From a virus: a stretch of DNA of 64,000 nucleotides. Location of the stretch: the IMG/VR virus record IMGVR_UViG_3300010384_000001. One strand, 5' to 3'. A model generated the notes under the pieces. That model was not told the origin of the DNA. It saw only the letters and a list, made by a program, of their open reading frames with translations, and made no database searches. Both the position numbers and the translations under genes were made by a program. Positions 27,883 through 37,288 of the stretch are shown piece by piece; position 1 is the stretch's first letter, and each line of letters opens with the position of its first letter.

Positions 27883-29249
27883 ATCAGTCTTCACTTTACC
27901 GTGAAATCCAAAAGATTGTCACGAGCGGTGAGAAGCCTGTTCATCAATACTGGACTGCGCAGATTCATGTTGGGGATAGTGACACACCGATCATTCCGTT
28001 AGCAGTTATTTCGATCGACGTCAAAAACGATTATCTGAATAACTACGCAGTAGAGCATCATGTTACCTTACTGATTCCGGCAGGTACATATGCGGTGCGG
28101 ATCTATCCCTATTTGGATCAGCTTGACATTACATTGATTTGTACTCCAATCGGTGAGACCGATGACAGTATTGATCAAGAGGCGCAGATTACTGTTGAGA
28201 GGTTCACGGCAACACTCATCGATACCGGTAATCCCATTATTGAGATGTCATCACGTAATACACCAGATGAGACGGCATTAAACTTGTCTGGTGCTTACGA
28301 GGTGACGTTCCAATTAGTCGATAAGTTCTTAGAAAAGATTCGCATGGTGTCAGTCGGTGGTATCTACCGCAATGTCACTGGTGAGAATGTAATCAAAGGA
28401 TTGTTATCGATGAAGTCTAAGGAAGTAAAGGTAAGTCAGGATAAGATGATCCAAGGAATCGATATGGTAACTGCTTCGAATCAAAAGAAGCGTGACCACA
28501 TTGTTATCCCTCATGGCTTACCTATCATGAGTCTTCCTGAACATGTCCACTTCAAGTGTGGCGGTATTTACAACTCAGGTCTTGGCCATTATCTCACTCG
28601 AGATTACTGGTATGTGTTCCCCTGTTTTGATGTGACGAGATTCAATAAGGTTCACAAGACCTTAACGATCATCAACGTTCCACCCAATCGTTTTCCAGGA
28701 ATTGAACGCACCTATCGACTAGACGGCGACAATCTCGTTGTTATTTCGACAGGTCAAGTAAAGTTCCGCGATCAAAGCAACGTGATACAGTTAAATGCCG
28801 GTAACGGGGTAAGGTTTACTGACGCTTCGCAAATGATGGATCAGTTCACCGTCACGAAAGGTAATAAGACGATGGCAAGTCGTGGTAATACCAATAGTGA
28901 ATTCGTGTCCGAAGATCGTAAGAATGGTAACAACCTCGTTACCTTGAGTCGAAACCCTATCACCGATAATCCGTACGTCGAATACTCATCACTCGCACTA
29001 CGTCAAGGTAGCCTCATTTCCTTGGTGTGGGAAAATGCAAAACGTGATGTTCTTTATCCAGGTATGCCTGTCAAAATCATGTATTTGGATGGAGACGATA
29101 TTAAGGAATTGTACGGTACGTTATTGATGGAGCATGGCTTTATTAGCCGTCGCGAACGAGGCATTACTTCACATCGTCACATCACCTCATCGATGCTCGG
29201 TGTGTTCGTTAGACCGCTTGAAGATGAGGACCAAAACACGACCTCTTAA
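27873..29249 (+). CDS. Virion (baseplate-region?) protein, function not assignable
   Basis: 458-aa ORF that overlaps the previous gene by 10 nt. Confidence 0.8.
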   Translation: MEIDQSSLYREIQKIVTSGEKPVHQYWTAQIHVGDSDTPIIPLAVISIDVKNDYLNNYAVEHHVTLLIPAGTYAVRIYPYLDQLDITLICTPIGETDDSIDQEAQITVERFTATLIDTGNPIIEMSSRNTPDETALNLSGAYEVTFQLVDKFLEKIRMVSVGGIYRNVTGENVIKGLLSMKSKEVKVSQDKMIQGIDMVTASNQKKRDHIVIPHGLPIMSLPEHVHFKCGGIYNSGLGHYLTRDYWYVFPCFDVTRFNKVHKTLTIINVPPNRFPGIERTYRLDGDNLVVISTGQVKFRDQSNVIQLNAGNGVRFTDASQMMDQFTVTKGNKTMASRGNTNSEFVSEDRKNGNNLVTLSRNPITDNPYVEYSSLALRQGSLISLVWENAKRDVLYPGMPVKIMYLDGDDIKELYGTLLMEHGFISRRERGITSHRHITSSMLGVFVRPLEDEDQNTTS

Positions 29250-29336
29250 CTGAAACCACTGTCGGGACCTGGCAATATCTTATGCTAGACTATCGACAGT
29301 GTTTCTTTTAACTTAGTCTTACTTTAAGGATTTCCG

Positions 29337-29960
29337 ATGGCAACTGATTTTACTAAGATGCCGCTGGATATTGTTACAGACCTAATTAACTTAACCAACG
29401 ACATTGGGTTAGTAGAGCCGGGTGACATTATTTTCGGACCTGTCTCCGAATTACTCAATGCATCGCGCAATACTTCTGTAACGATCTATGCTGCACCTGG
29501 TTCGCGTTATACCGGTTTACGTGACCTGACGTATAACCGAGTTGATATGTCCGATATCCCACGAGGCCGTAGTACTGAGTTCGATAATAAAGAAGCACAG
29601 TACATCTCGCAACTGATTCCAGACATCAACACAGCGTATTCGATTAACCTTCAGCCAGAAGACTACATTAACGAACCGTTACCATCGGTTCCGGTGGATA
29701 CGCAGTATTATTCAGGTCGTCTGTTTACCCTGAAAGCTGCTCCTGACTCGTATGTTTGGCGTGGCAAGCTTAACCTTTCTCTCAAAGGTAATAAGATCGA
29801 CTTAGCCACTTACTTACCGGTTGATCTGTTAAGTGGCTTTGATTTAGCGAAGACAGATATTGGCATCGTGATTAATACTAACCTGTTAGATGGTTTCGAT
29901 TATCAAGATCCAGCCCTGTTCAGCACGTCGTCTACCCAGTCTAACTTTATCCAAGCATAA
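29337..29960 (+). CDS. Fibre-associated small protein, member of a 3-copy paralog family
   Basis: 207 aa with an AAGGA SD. It shares DLINLTN, NTSVTIYA, Y.G..DLTYNRV and ...A.PDSYVWRGKL with the ORFs at 30103 and 36760. Confidence 0.75.
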   Translation: MATDFTKMPLDIVTDLINLTNDIGLVEPGDIIFGPVSELLNASRNTSVTIYAAPGSRYTGLRDLTYNRVDMSDIPRGRSTEFDNKEAQYISQLIPDINTAYSINLQPEDYINEPLPSVPVDTQYYSGRLFTLKAAPDSYVWRGKLNLSLKGNKIDLATYLPVDLLSGFDLAKTDIGIVINTNLLDGFDYQDPALFSTSSTQSNFIQA

Positions 29961-29966
29961 TCATCC

Positions 29967-29998
29967 GAGGAGGGGCTTAGGCTCCTCCTTTTTATTTT
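29967..29998 (+). terminator. Intrinsic terminator
   Basis: Stem GGAGGGGC / GCTCCTCC (one mismatch) with loop TTAG, followed by TTTTTATTTT. Confidence 0.7.
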
Positions 29999-30102
29999 GT
30001 ATCTATAAAAGTAAAAAAATACTTTAAGCTGAGCGATTGAATAGATTTGTTGCGAGAGAATAAACCTATTCAATTGCGTGTTGCTATTAAAGGAGGTACA
30101 GC

Positions 30103-30600
30103 ATGTCAAGCTTTGACCGTATCGTTGACATGATCGACGAGAAGAATACACCCGTATTTCCACTTACACGCGCGAATATTGCATTTGAAAATGTAACAAG
30201 CGATCCTGAAGAGAAGTGGAATACACGATTGACAGTGACTGCACGACCTGCAGGCGAATACATCGGTGCTGTGAATATCTATTACACACGCACTAACATG
30301 ATTGAATTAGGACCTACTCTTGAATACATGCAAGAGGATCCATTCACATTGCAAGTGTTGTGTGACATTATCAATCAAGATAAGACTTGTCAAATGACAC
30401 CGGAAGACTTAACACTTACCGAACTTCCAGCCATGGAAAACGGTGTAGTGAAAACGTTTGCCTTAAGCGCTGTATCAACTTCACTGGTATGGTTAGGTAA
30501 CGTTCAAGTCTCTCTATTGTCAGGCATTCCAAAAGAGGCGGATAACTTAGCAACGTTCATTAACGTTACTTTACCTCCCATGTTTGCAGAGAAACCATAA
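30103..30600 (+). CDS. Fibre-associated small protein (paralog family), immediately upstream of a fibre gene
   Basis: 165 aa with a strong AAAGGAGG SD. The C-terminal ...SLVWLGNVQVSLL...ATFINVTLPPMF parallels ...AIKWLGQVDAEYV...HTLINVTLPADG of ORF 36760. Confidence 0.8.
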   Translation: MSSFDRIVDMIDEKNTPVFPLTRANIAFENVTSDPEEKWNTRLTVTARPAGEYIGAVNIYYTRTNMIELGPTLEYMQEDPFTLQVLCDIINQDKTCQMTPEDLTLTELPAMENGVVKTFALSAVSTSLVWLGNVQVSLLSGIPKEADNLATFINVTLPPMFAEKP

Positions 30601-30608
30601 GGAATATC

Positions 30609-33600
30609 ATGTCGCAACTTGACAATGAAATTATCGCATTTCGCGACAGCATGACTAAAGTCGGCCAGTTTGCAAATGGCGACGAGAATACCGATGTGCA
30701 AACCGCAAATGGTCCGGTGCCTAGTATTGCTAAGGTGGCTAAGGTTGCCCGCAGTATTATTGACCAGATTGTGGCGGTTAATCAAGGCGCGTCTTTACGA
30801 GTCGATGCCGTTGTAACCTACACCGATGAAGAGAAGGCTAATGCTAAAACCAACATTGGCTTGGAACGAGTCGATAATACACCTGACTTAGAAAAGCCAG
30901 TCTCGCAGCCGCAAGCTGTAGCTATTTCTAATGCATTATCAACGATCAACGCCAAAGAAGATCCGTTGAATAAGAACAAAGCGAATGGGTACGCTGGTTT
31001 AAGTGGTATGCGGATAGTGATGCGTAACGTCACTGATACCACGACGAACTACTTAACCACGGCCAGTACAGATACTCGTATTTGGACGATGCCGGATAAG
31101 TCGGGTATTGTTGCATTGACTTCTGATCTTCCGACAAACTTAAGTGGCACGAATACCGGTGACGAGACTCAAGCTACGATCTTAGCCAAGCTGCAAATCC
31201 AAGCCATTGCCGGGATTAATACGGGCGATGAAACGACGGGTTCTATCCTCAATAAGCTCAACATCACTGCGGCTGAGGATACTGCGAATAAAGTCACGAG
31301 CTTTGCTGTAGTCAATAACACTTTGTACCCTACGGTGCAAGCGGTTAAGTTCTACGTTGACAACACCATGGTCGGTGTGATCCGTGACTGCGGTAACTAT
31401 GATGCAAGTACGAATACGTGGCCTACTACCGGTGGCTCTGGCGTAGGTGGCGCAATCACCAAAGGTAACTTCTGGTACGTCAGTACTCCGGGTACATTAG
31501 GCGGTACGCCAGTTAATGTTGGTGACTCGTTTAGAGCTATGGTTGATAATCCTGGTCAGACTGCAGCTAATTGGTCGGTGCTGGAATCCAACATTGGTTA
31601 CGTGCCTTACAATGCCACTAACCCATCTGGCTACATTTCTGGCATTACCAGTGAGATGATAGCAACTGCGTTAACCTATACGCCGTTAGGTCCAGGTGAT
31701 CGAAACGCAAGCAGTGGTGTTGCTGGATTAACAGGTTTTGCTCTTAACCTGATGAATAATGCTGGCACGGTCCTGTCGATTCTGTCGAACACCAACACAG
31801 CTAGTCGTACCTACACTCTGCCGGATAAAGACGGTACGGTTGCAATGATTGATGATGTCGTTGCTAACTACCCAGGCCCTCCAACTATTACACTCACTGG
31901 TGATGCTAGCGGTAGTGGTACGACGACGATTCCGGTTACTCTTAATGACAATGCCGTATCATTGGCAAAGTTAGCACAAATCCCGACTGCAAGTTTCTTA
32001 GGTCGTACGACTGCTGCTACGGGTAACGTGGAATCAATGACAACGTCGCAAGTTAAAACACTGCTGACGATTGACCAAGTTAACAATACATCGGACGCAA
32101 ATAAGCCAGTCAGCGCAGCGCAACAAACTGCTTTAAATGCTAAAGAGAATACGTCAAACAAAGTAGTAGACTTTACGGTTCTTGACAACGTTAAATACCC
32201 TACCACGTTAGCAGTGAAGAACTACTGTGATGGTCGTTTGACGAACGTAGTTGTTGACTGCGGTAGCTGGGATGCTTCTGGTAATACTTTCCCGACGACT
32301 GGCGGTACTGGTGCGAGTGGTACGATTGTTAAAGGTAACTTGTTCTTCGTGTCAGTAGCAGGTTCGTTAGGCGGTAAAATCGTTAACGTTGGCGATAGCT
32401 TCCGAGCACTGGTAGATGCACCGGGTCAGACTGCAACTAACTGGGACGTGTTGGAATCTAACATCGGTTATGTTCCGTATAACGCTACCAACCCGGCTGG
32501 TTACATCTCCGGCATCACCTCCACCATGGTGGCCACAGCGTTAGGTTATACTCCGGTTAATCCTAACGTTAAAGATGCATCTGATGGTTTTGTCGGCTTA
32601 ACTGGTTACAAGATCAACTTTAAGAATTCGACTGGTGCGAATACGTCGTATATGCAGCATAGCAACACTGCATCGCGTACTTACACTTACCCGGATAAAG
32701 ATGGTCAAGTGGCATTGCTGTCGGATATCACTGGTACCAACAGTGGTATCAACACTGGCGACCAAACCATTACCTTAACCGGAGATGTGCAAGGTTCTGG
32801 TACTGGTACGTTTGTGACGGCGATCTCTGGTAACGCAGTAACGTTCGGTAAGATGCAACAGATCACCACAGCTACGTTCTTAGGCCGTAACTCGGCAGGC
32901 AATGGTAACATTGAAAGCCTGGCAGCTAGCACGGTTAAAACGATGCTGTCGTTGGACCAGGTTAGTAATACCTCCGACGCCAACAAACCTGTATCGACTG
33001 CACAGCAAACTGCACTTAACGCTAAAGAATCGTTGTCGAATAAAGCCAGTGACTTCAGCGTGCTGGATAACACTAAGTATCCTACTACGCAAGCGGTGAA
33101 GACCTTGGTGGATAGCGTAGCTGCTGGCGTCGCAACTAATACCTGGATCGATTGTGGTAATTATGATGCTTCGGTTAATGCCTTCCCATCTACTGGCGGT
33201 ACGGGTACATCGAACGCTATTAAACGCGGCAACACTTGGTTAGTATCAGTCGCTGGTACATTAGGTGGTAAAGCTGTCAATGTTGGCGACACCGTCCGTG
33301 CTTTAGTCGACGCTCCTGGTCAAACCACTGCTAACTGGGCGATACTTGAGGGTAACTTAGGTTTCGATCCGATTAACAAAGCTGGCGATACAATGCTGGG
33401 CGTGTTAGGTCTGGTTCCGTTCGGCACAATCGCAAGTGCTGCTACTGTTAACTTCAATAGCACAACCAGTAACATGGTTGAAGTCACCGGCACGACCACC
33501 ATTACTGCTATCACGTTAGCTGACGGTGCATTCCGTTTCGTACGCTTTGCTGGTCGCTTAACCTTAACCAATGGCGCTTCACTGCTGTTACCGACGGGCG

Positions 33601-34040
33601 CGAATATTCAAACCTCGGTTGGCGATACTGCGGTGTTCGTGGGTAAAGGCACAGCAACGTTATGCTTAGTGTATCAATCAGTTAACGGTGGTTCGGCTTT
33701 AGTAGCTGGTAAAGACCGTACTCGCGCGGTCACTGCGAATGGATCGATTAATATCGATCTTAATACCGGCGATCAAGCCACCATGATGGAAGTGTCGTTA
33801 ACTGCTAACTCAACGATTACCTTCACTAACCCACCGCCTTTGAACAATGAAACGTTCAGCTTCAGTATGCGTGTCACAAACGGTGCTGATAGTTTAGCGA
33901 TGGCTTTTGGTAATACGATCAAATGGGCAGGCGGTAATGTTCCGCCTCGTACAACAACCAATGGTGCTGTGGATATCTGGACCTTCTTATACGACAACGG
34001 TACGTATTACGGGTCCTTAGCAATTCAAGACGCCAAGTAA
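30609..34040 (+). CDS. Tail fibre protein with three ~290-aa internal repeats
   Basis: 1143 aa with a TAAGGA SD. VDNT(P/S)D..KPVS..Q..AL..K motifs are typical of phage fibres, and there are triplicated C-G-(N/S)-(Y/W)-D-A-S ... NVGD(S/T)(F/V)RA(L/M)VD.PGQT..NW modules. Confidence 0.85.
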   Translation: MSQLDNEIIAFRDSMTKVGQFANGDENTDVQTANGPVPSIAKVAKVARSIIDQIVAVNQGASLRVDAVVTYTDEEKANAKTNIGLERVDNTPDLEKPVSQPQAVAISNALSTINAKEDPLNKNKANGYAGLSGMRIVMRNVTDTTTNYLTTASTDTRIWTMPDKSGIVALTSDLPTNLSGTNTGDETQATILAKLQIQAIAGINTGDETTGSILNKLNITAAEDTANKVTSFAVVNNTLYPTVQAVKFYVDNTMVGVIRDCGNYDASTNTWPTTGGSGVGGAITKGNFWYVSTPGTLGGTPVNVGDSFRAMVDNPGQTAANWSVLESNIGYVPYNATNPSGYISGITSEMIATALTYTPLGPGDRNASSGVAGLTGFALNLMNNAGTVLSILSNTNTASRTYTLPDKDGTVAMIDDVVANYPGPPTITLTGDASGSGTTTIPVTLNDNAVSLAKLAQIPTASFLGRTTAATGNVESMTTSQVKTLLTIDQVNNTSDANKPVSAAQQTALNAKENTSNKVVDFTVLDNVKYPTTLAVKNYCDGRLTNVVVDCGSWDASGNTFPTTGGTGASGTIVKGNLFFVSVAGSLGGKIVNVGDSFRALVDAPGQTATNWDVLESNIGYVPYNATNPAGYISGITSTMVATALGYTPVNPNVKDASDGFVGLTGYKINFKNSTGANTSYMQHSNTASRTYTYPDKDGQVALLSDITGTNSGINTGDQTITLTGDVQGSGTGTFVTAISGNAVTFGKMQQITTATFLGRNSAGNGNIESLAASTVKTMLSLDQVSNTSDANKPVSTAQQTALNAKESLSNKASDFSVLDNTKYPTTQAVKTLVDSVAAGVATNTWIDCGNYDASVNAFPSTGGTGTSNAIKRGNTWLVSVAGTLGGKAVNVGDTVRALVDAPGQTTANWAILEGNLGFDPINKAGDTMLGVLGLVPFGTIASAATVNFNSTTSNMVEVTGTTTITAITLADGAFRFVRFAGRLTLTNGASLLLPTGANIQTSVGDTAVFVGKGTATLCLVYQSVNGGSALVAGKDRTRAVTANGSINIDLNTGDQATMMEVSLTANSTITFTNPPPLNNETFSFSMRVTNGADSLAMAFGNTIKWAGGNVPPRTTTNGAVDIWTFLYDNGTYYGSLAIQDAK
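31271..33390 (+). repeat. Tandem coding repeats (~880-nt period) within the fibre gene
   Basis: Unit landmarks recur. ITLTGD is at ~31887 and ~32769. V(N/S)NTSDANKPVS is at 32079 and 32961. The C-G-x-(Y/W)-D-A-S codons are at ~31389, ~32259 and ~33152. Confidence 0.8.
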
Positions 34041-34046
34041 CCGGAT

Positions 34047-34077
34047 AGACGAGTCAGTTAACCCTGACTCGTCTTTT
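34047..34077 (+). terminator. Intrinsic terminator
   Basis: Perfect 11-bp stem AGACGAGTCAG / CTGACTCGTCT with a 6-nt loop, followed by TTT. Confidence 0.75.
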
Positions 34078-34097
34078 CCACACTGGATAGGTTGAAC

Positions 34098-35177
34098 ATG
34101 AAATTATCTCAACTATTACGTCGAGAGCGAACCAATGCAGCAAATAAACTTGCAACGACGTTTAATGCTCCAGGTACGTTCTACCCGCCATATGGCAAAA
34201 CTCTTATAAAGATCAACGGTCGAGGTGGTACTGGTAATTCACCTACAGGTGGGAATTATGCGTATACCAATCCTAGTACAGGTGGTAATTATGCATCCAC
34301 TAATCCCGATACACCTGGTAATATTGCCAATTACAATCCGCCGGTAGCAGGTAACTATGCTGGCACAAATCCCACAGTGCCGGGTAACTATGCTGGAACC
34401 AATCCAACTACGGGCGGTAATTATGCCGGAACTAATCCTCCCTCAGGTGGGAATATAGCTGGATATAATCCGAGCATTCCAGGTAACTACAGTACAACCC
34501 CTGGTAACTATGTTCCGGCGAGTTATACTCCTGGCAATACTAACGACCCAACATACTCCCCTGGTAACTATGTTCCGGACTCGTATCAGACCATGTCTGT
34601 TGCAATGACGCAGACGTGTCCAGTTGGTTGGACCACTGGCTACGATTACGATGACAATGGTCAACCTTTTAAGGTATGCGATGTCTATACAGCCGGATAT
34701 ACCAATCCTGCTACTAGCACACCAGGTACAACCAATCCTGGAAACTATACCCCGGCATATACCAATCCGTCGTATGGATACACGAATTCGTCTACACCAG
34801 GCAATGCCAACTACAACCCGTATTCGGCAGGTACAGCATACTACAATCCTACTGTACCAGGAACGGCTTATTACAATCCGTCAACGCCGGGTACAGCGTA
34901 TTATAATCCAACCACCCCTGGTACTGCTAACTATAACCCCACGACACCAGGTACGGCCAATTATAATCCAATAGTTCCTGGCAATGCTAACTATAATCCC
35001 ACTGTTCCTGGTACAGCTGCTCCTCCGGTGGTGATAGCTGGAGTGACTTTCCCAGGTGGCGACGTTGGATCGTTAGCGTACGAAGTGTCGCCTACCCCAA
35101 CTACCTTAACGTATTCGACGACTGGTTATTCGGTTTCGGTTCCTACGGGTGGTTATGTGACTCTAACTCCCACTTAA
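34098..35177 (+). CDS. N/Y/P/G-rich 11-residue-repeat protein (fibre-cluster protein of unknown function)
   Basis: The ORF opens at TTG 34092, and ATG 34098 lies 6 nt after GGATAGG. There are about 10 copies of x-x-(P/G)-G-N-Y-A-G-T-N-P, then a Cys-containing spacer, then about 7 copies of (T/V)PGTA(Y/N)YNP. Confidence 0.75.
   Translation: MKLSQLLRRERTNAANKLATTFNAPGTFYPPYGKTLIKINGRGGTGNSPTGGNYAYTNPSTGGNYASTNPDTPGNIANYNPPVAGNYAGTNPTVPGNYAGTNPTTGGNYAGTNPPSGGNIAGYNPSIPGNYSTTPGNYVPASYTPGNTNDPTYSPGNYVPDSYQTMSVAMTQTCPVGWTTGYDYDDNGQPFKVCDVYTAGYTNPATSTPGTTNPGNYTPAYTNPSYGYTNSSTPGNANYNPYSAGTAYYNPTVPGTAYYNPSTPGTAYYNPTTPGTANYNPTTPGTANYNPIVPGNANYNPTVPGTAAPPVVIAGVTFPGGDVGSLAYEVSPTPTTLTYSTTGYSVSVPTGGYVTLTPT
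34242..35020 (+). repeat. Two blocks of 33-nt-period coding repeats
   Basis: Block 1 runs ~34242-34586 (GGNYAxTNP type) and block 2 runs ~34794-35020 (PGTAYYNP / PGTANYNP type). Confidence 0.8.
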
Positions 35178-35198
35178 CTTTTAAAAGAGATACTAATC

Positions 35199-36161
35199 AT
35201 GCTTAATCCTAATTGGTATCTGGTTTGTGATATTACAACAAACACTGCCGTCGACTTGATTCAACTCCAAGATACTTGGGGTAATGCGGTGACAGGTTTG
35301 TTATCCCAAACTGATGATCAACTTAGTAAATTTAACGAATGGTCTCCACATTCGAATGTAGTCTTCTTGCGTATCGCTGCTGCTAGAGCTAAAGGTATCA
35401 ATTCAGCCAGTATCGATTCAGTAGTGTCGGCAAATCGACCTGCGATCTTAAATTGGGTACGCAGTATGCGTGATCCATTACTGGCAGCCACCGACGCAGT
35501 CACTACAGCAGATCGTTGGGTCACACTTGACGTAGTGGCGCAGAAGTACGTGACTATCTATCGTCAAGCGTTGCGCGATATTACGAATAGTGTCGATCTG
35601 CTAAATGTTACCTGGCCTGCTATTCCGCCTGCTTTGGCTGCGGTTCGCAATATCGATGTTAGTCTTATCGATCGCCCTAGTCAAGATTTTCTCAACATCT
35701 TGATAACGCCATGGCCTACTCCGACTTTGCAACAGCGTCGTTTAGATCAGTGGGCTCGTGCTAAGGCATATCGTGACTTGCGTAAAACACAAGGTATCAA
35801 GCTTGCAGTCAATGGTAAAGATTGTTGGTTCTGGACCGATGATAGCAATCGTGGTCAGTACTCTATACTCGCCGGGTATGCAGCCCGTAAGTCATTATCG
35901 TACACTGCTGTGCTTGCTAACTGGAAAACCATGTCTGGTGAGTTCATACCGTTTACCGTTGAGTTGCTGTATCGCGTGTTAGATGCGGGTGTTGATAACG
36001 AAGATACCCTCTTTATTATTGCCGAACAACACCGTACTGCAATCATGGCGTCAACAGACCCGGATAACTATGACTATACTCGGGGTTATCCGCAAGTCTA
36101 TTCAGAATACCTAGCACAACAAATCCTGTTGGGTAATACGAATTATGGACAGGGGAATTAA
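35199..36161 (+). CDS. Hypothetical protein, possibly fibre assembly/chaperone-like
   Basis: 320-aa ORF between the fibre-cluster genes. The chaperone-like call rests only on position and on weak resemblance to DUF4376-type phage proteins. Confidence 0.6.
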   Translation: MLNPNWYLVCDITTNTAVDLIQLQDTWGNAVTGLLSQTDDQLSKFNEWSPHSNVVFLRIAAARAKGINSASIDSVVSANRPAILNWVRSMRDPLLAATDAVTTADRWVTLDVVAQKYVTIYRQALRDITNSVDLLNVTWPAIPPALAAVRNIDVSLIDRPSQDFLNILITPWPTPTLQQRRLDQWARAKAYRDLRKTQGIKLAVNGKDCWFWTDDSNRGQYSILAGYAARKSLSYTAVLANWKTMSGEFIPFTVELLYRVLDAGVDNEDTLFIIAEQHRTAIMASTDPDNYDYTRGYPQVYSEYLAQQILLGNTNYGQGN

Positions 36162-36635
36162 GTGAAAGTCGCTTTTTATAAATCAATTCATCCTGGTTTA
36201 TCTGGGATTTATAGTCATGGTGTTCGCATCATTACTAAATCCATTTATTCACATTGTGAACTGATCTTCGACAATGGTATCTCGGCATCGTCTTCATTTG
36301 TTGACGGTGGTGTTCGTATGAAAGTTATCGAATACGATCCGAAGAATTGGGACATCATTGATCTAGAAGGTCGTTTCGATGAAACCGCTGCTTTGCAATG
36401 GTTCCGTGATCATGAAGGTCAGAAATACGACGTTCTTGGTAATATACACTTTGTTCTGAGTGTAGTCGGTGATGACAAGAATAAATGGTTCTGCTCCGAA
36501 GCTGTAGGTGCCGCTTTAGGTCTTAGCAATTCCTGGAGATTTGATCCGGGCACATTGCATGCTGCTTTGAAGTTTGCAGTTGAACAACCTGTGTTAAAAC
36601 TGCAGTTCGCATCACCCTCATTGATTAAAAACTAA
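36162..36635 (+). CDS. Permuted papain-like amidase (YaeF/YiiX, C92-family-like)
   Basis: GTG start directly after the previous TAA, with GGACAGGGGA upstream. The motif order SIYSHCELIF ... GQKYDVLG ... KWFCSEAVG matches the His-first/Cys-last permuted NlpC/P60-type fold. Confidence 0.55.
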   Translation: MKVAFYKSIHPGLSGIYSHGVRIITKSIYSHCELIFDNGISASSSFVDGGVRMKVIEYDPKNWDIIDLEGRFDETAALQWFRDHEGQKYDVLGNIHFVLSVVGDDKNKWFCSEAVGAALGLSNSWRFDPGTLHAALKFAVEQPVLKLQFASPSLIKN

Positions 36636-36641
36636 CCATAA

Positions 36642-36677
36642 CAAAGACTAGGCGGTATAGTCCACCTAGTCTTTGTT
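36642..36677 (+). terminator. Stem-loop terminator
   Basis: 12-bp stem ACAAAGACTAGG / CCTAGTCTTTGT with a 12-nt loop, flanked by CATA...TATG. Confidence 0.6.
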
Positions 36678-36759
36678 GTATGATCTGTTAAAGTAAGTAT
36701 TTACTTACAACTTATCGTATGGTTAACTATTTTTACGCTTCTACCCAGATAGGATTATC

Positions 36760-37266
36760 ATGGCTGATTACACCGTGTTAACAAATCCTCAACAGCAACT
36801 GATCGATCTTATCAATCAAGATAACGGCAGTACGCTGACGTTGGCTGACGTGACATTATCGGATCCTTCAGTTGTTGATTACGCGGGCAGGAATACCAAA
36901 GTTACTGTGACCGGTAATGTCGACTCTCCGTACGAAAATACGAAGGATGTGTTTTACAATCGGTTAGCATTAACGCGTTTAGGTTTCATTGGTATTATCA
37001 CTGACACGCCTCTTACCAACGAACAGTTTTTAGATACAATTAGTTCAAATAAGCAAGTGAAATTGCTGGAAGGAGAATTCGAACCTTTCACAATTCCTGT
37101 ACTTGAAGTAGGTGCGATTGGTAGCGTTACATTAATCGCTAAACCGACTGCAATTAAATGGCTGGGTCAAGTTGATGCGGAATATGTGTTTGGTGTTCCG
37201 GCAGGTTTCGATGCTTTACACACGCTGATTAATGTAACACTTCCTGCAGATGGTTATTTAACTTAA
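36760..37266 (+). CDS. Fibre-associated small protein (paralog family), immediately upstream of a fibre gene
   Basis: 168 aa, paralogous to ORFs 29337 and 30103 (DLINQDN, NTKVTVTG, FYNRLAL, IKWLGQV, INVTLP). Confidence 0.8.
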   Translation: MADYTVLTNPQQQLIDLINQDNGSTLTLADVTLSDPSVVDYAGRNTKVTVTGNVDSPYENTKDVFYNRLALTRLGFIGIITDTPLTNEQFLDTISSNKQVKLLEGEFEPFTIPVLEVGAIGSVTLIAKPTAIKWLGQVDAEYVFGVPAGFDALHTLINVTLPADGYLT

Positions 37267-37288
37267 ATAGAGTTTTCAAGGAGTCCAC

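Noticed and set aside
29903-30163. 86-aa minus-strand ORF across the 29961-30102 intergenic region.
   Set aside because: It spans a terminator, an AT-rich leader and the strong SD/start of gene 30103, so it is not plausible as a gene.
31271-33390. A possible diversity-generating retroelement (template/variable repeat) in the fibre repeats.
   Set aside because: There is no reverse transcriptase gene in the window. Differences between the repeats are not restricted to adenine positions.
34242-35020. Regular 33-nt periodicity that could be mistaken for a CRISPR-like or satellite array.
   Set aside because: The repeats are in frame within a long ORF and have no unique spacers. No cas genes lie nearby.
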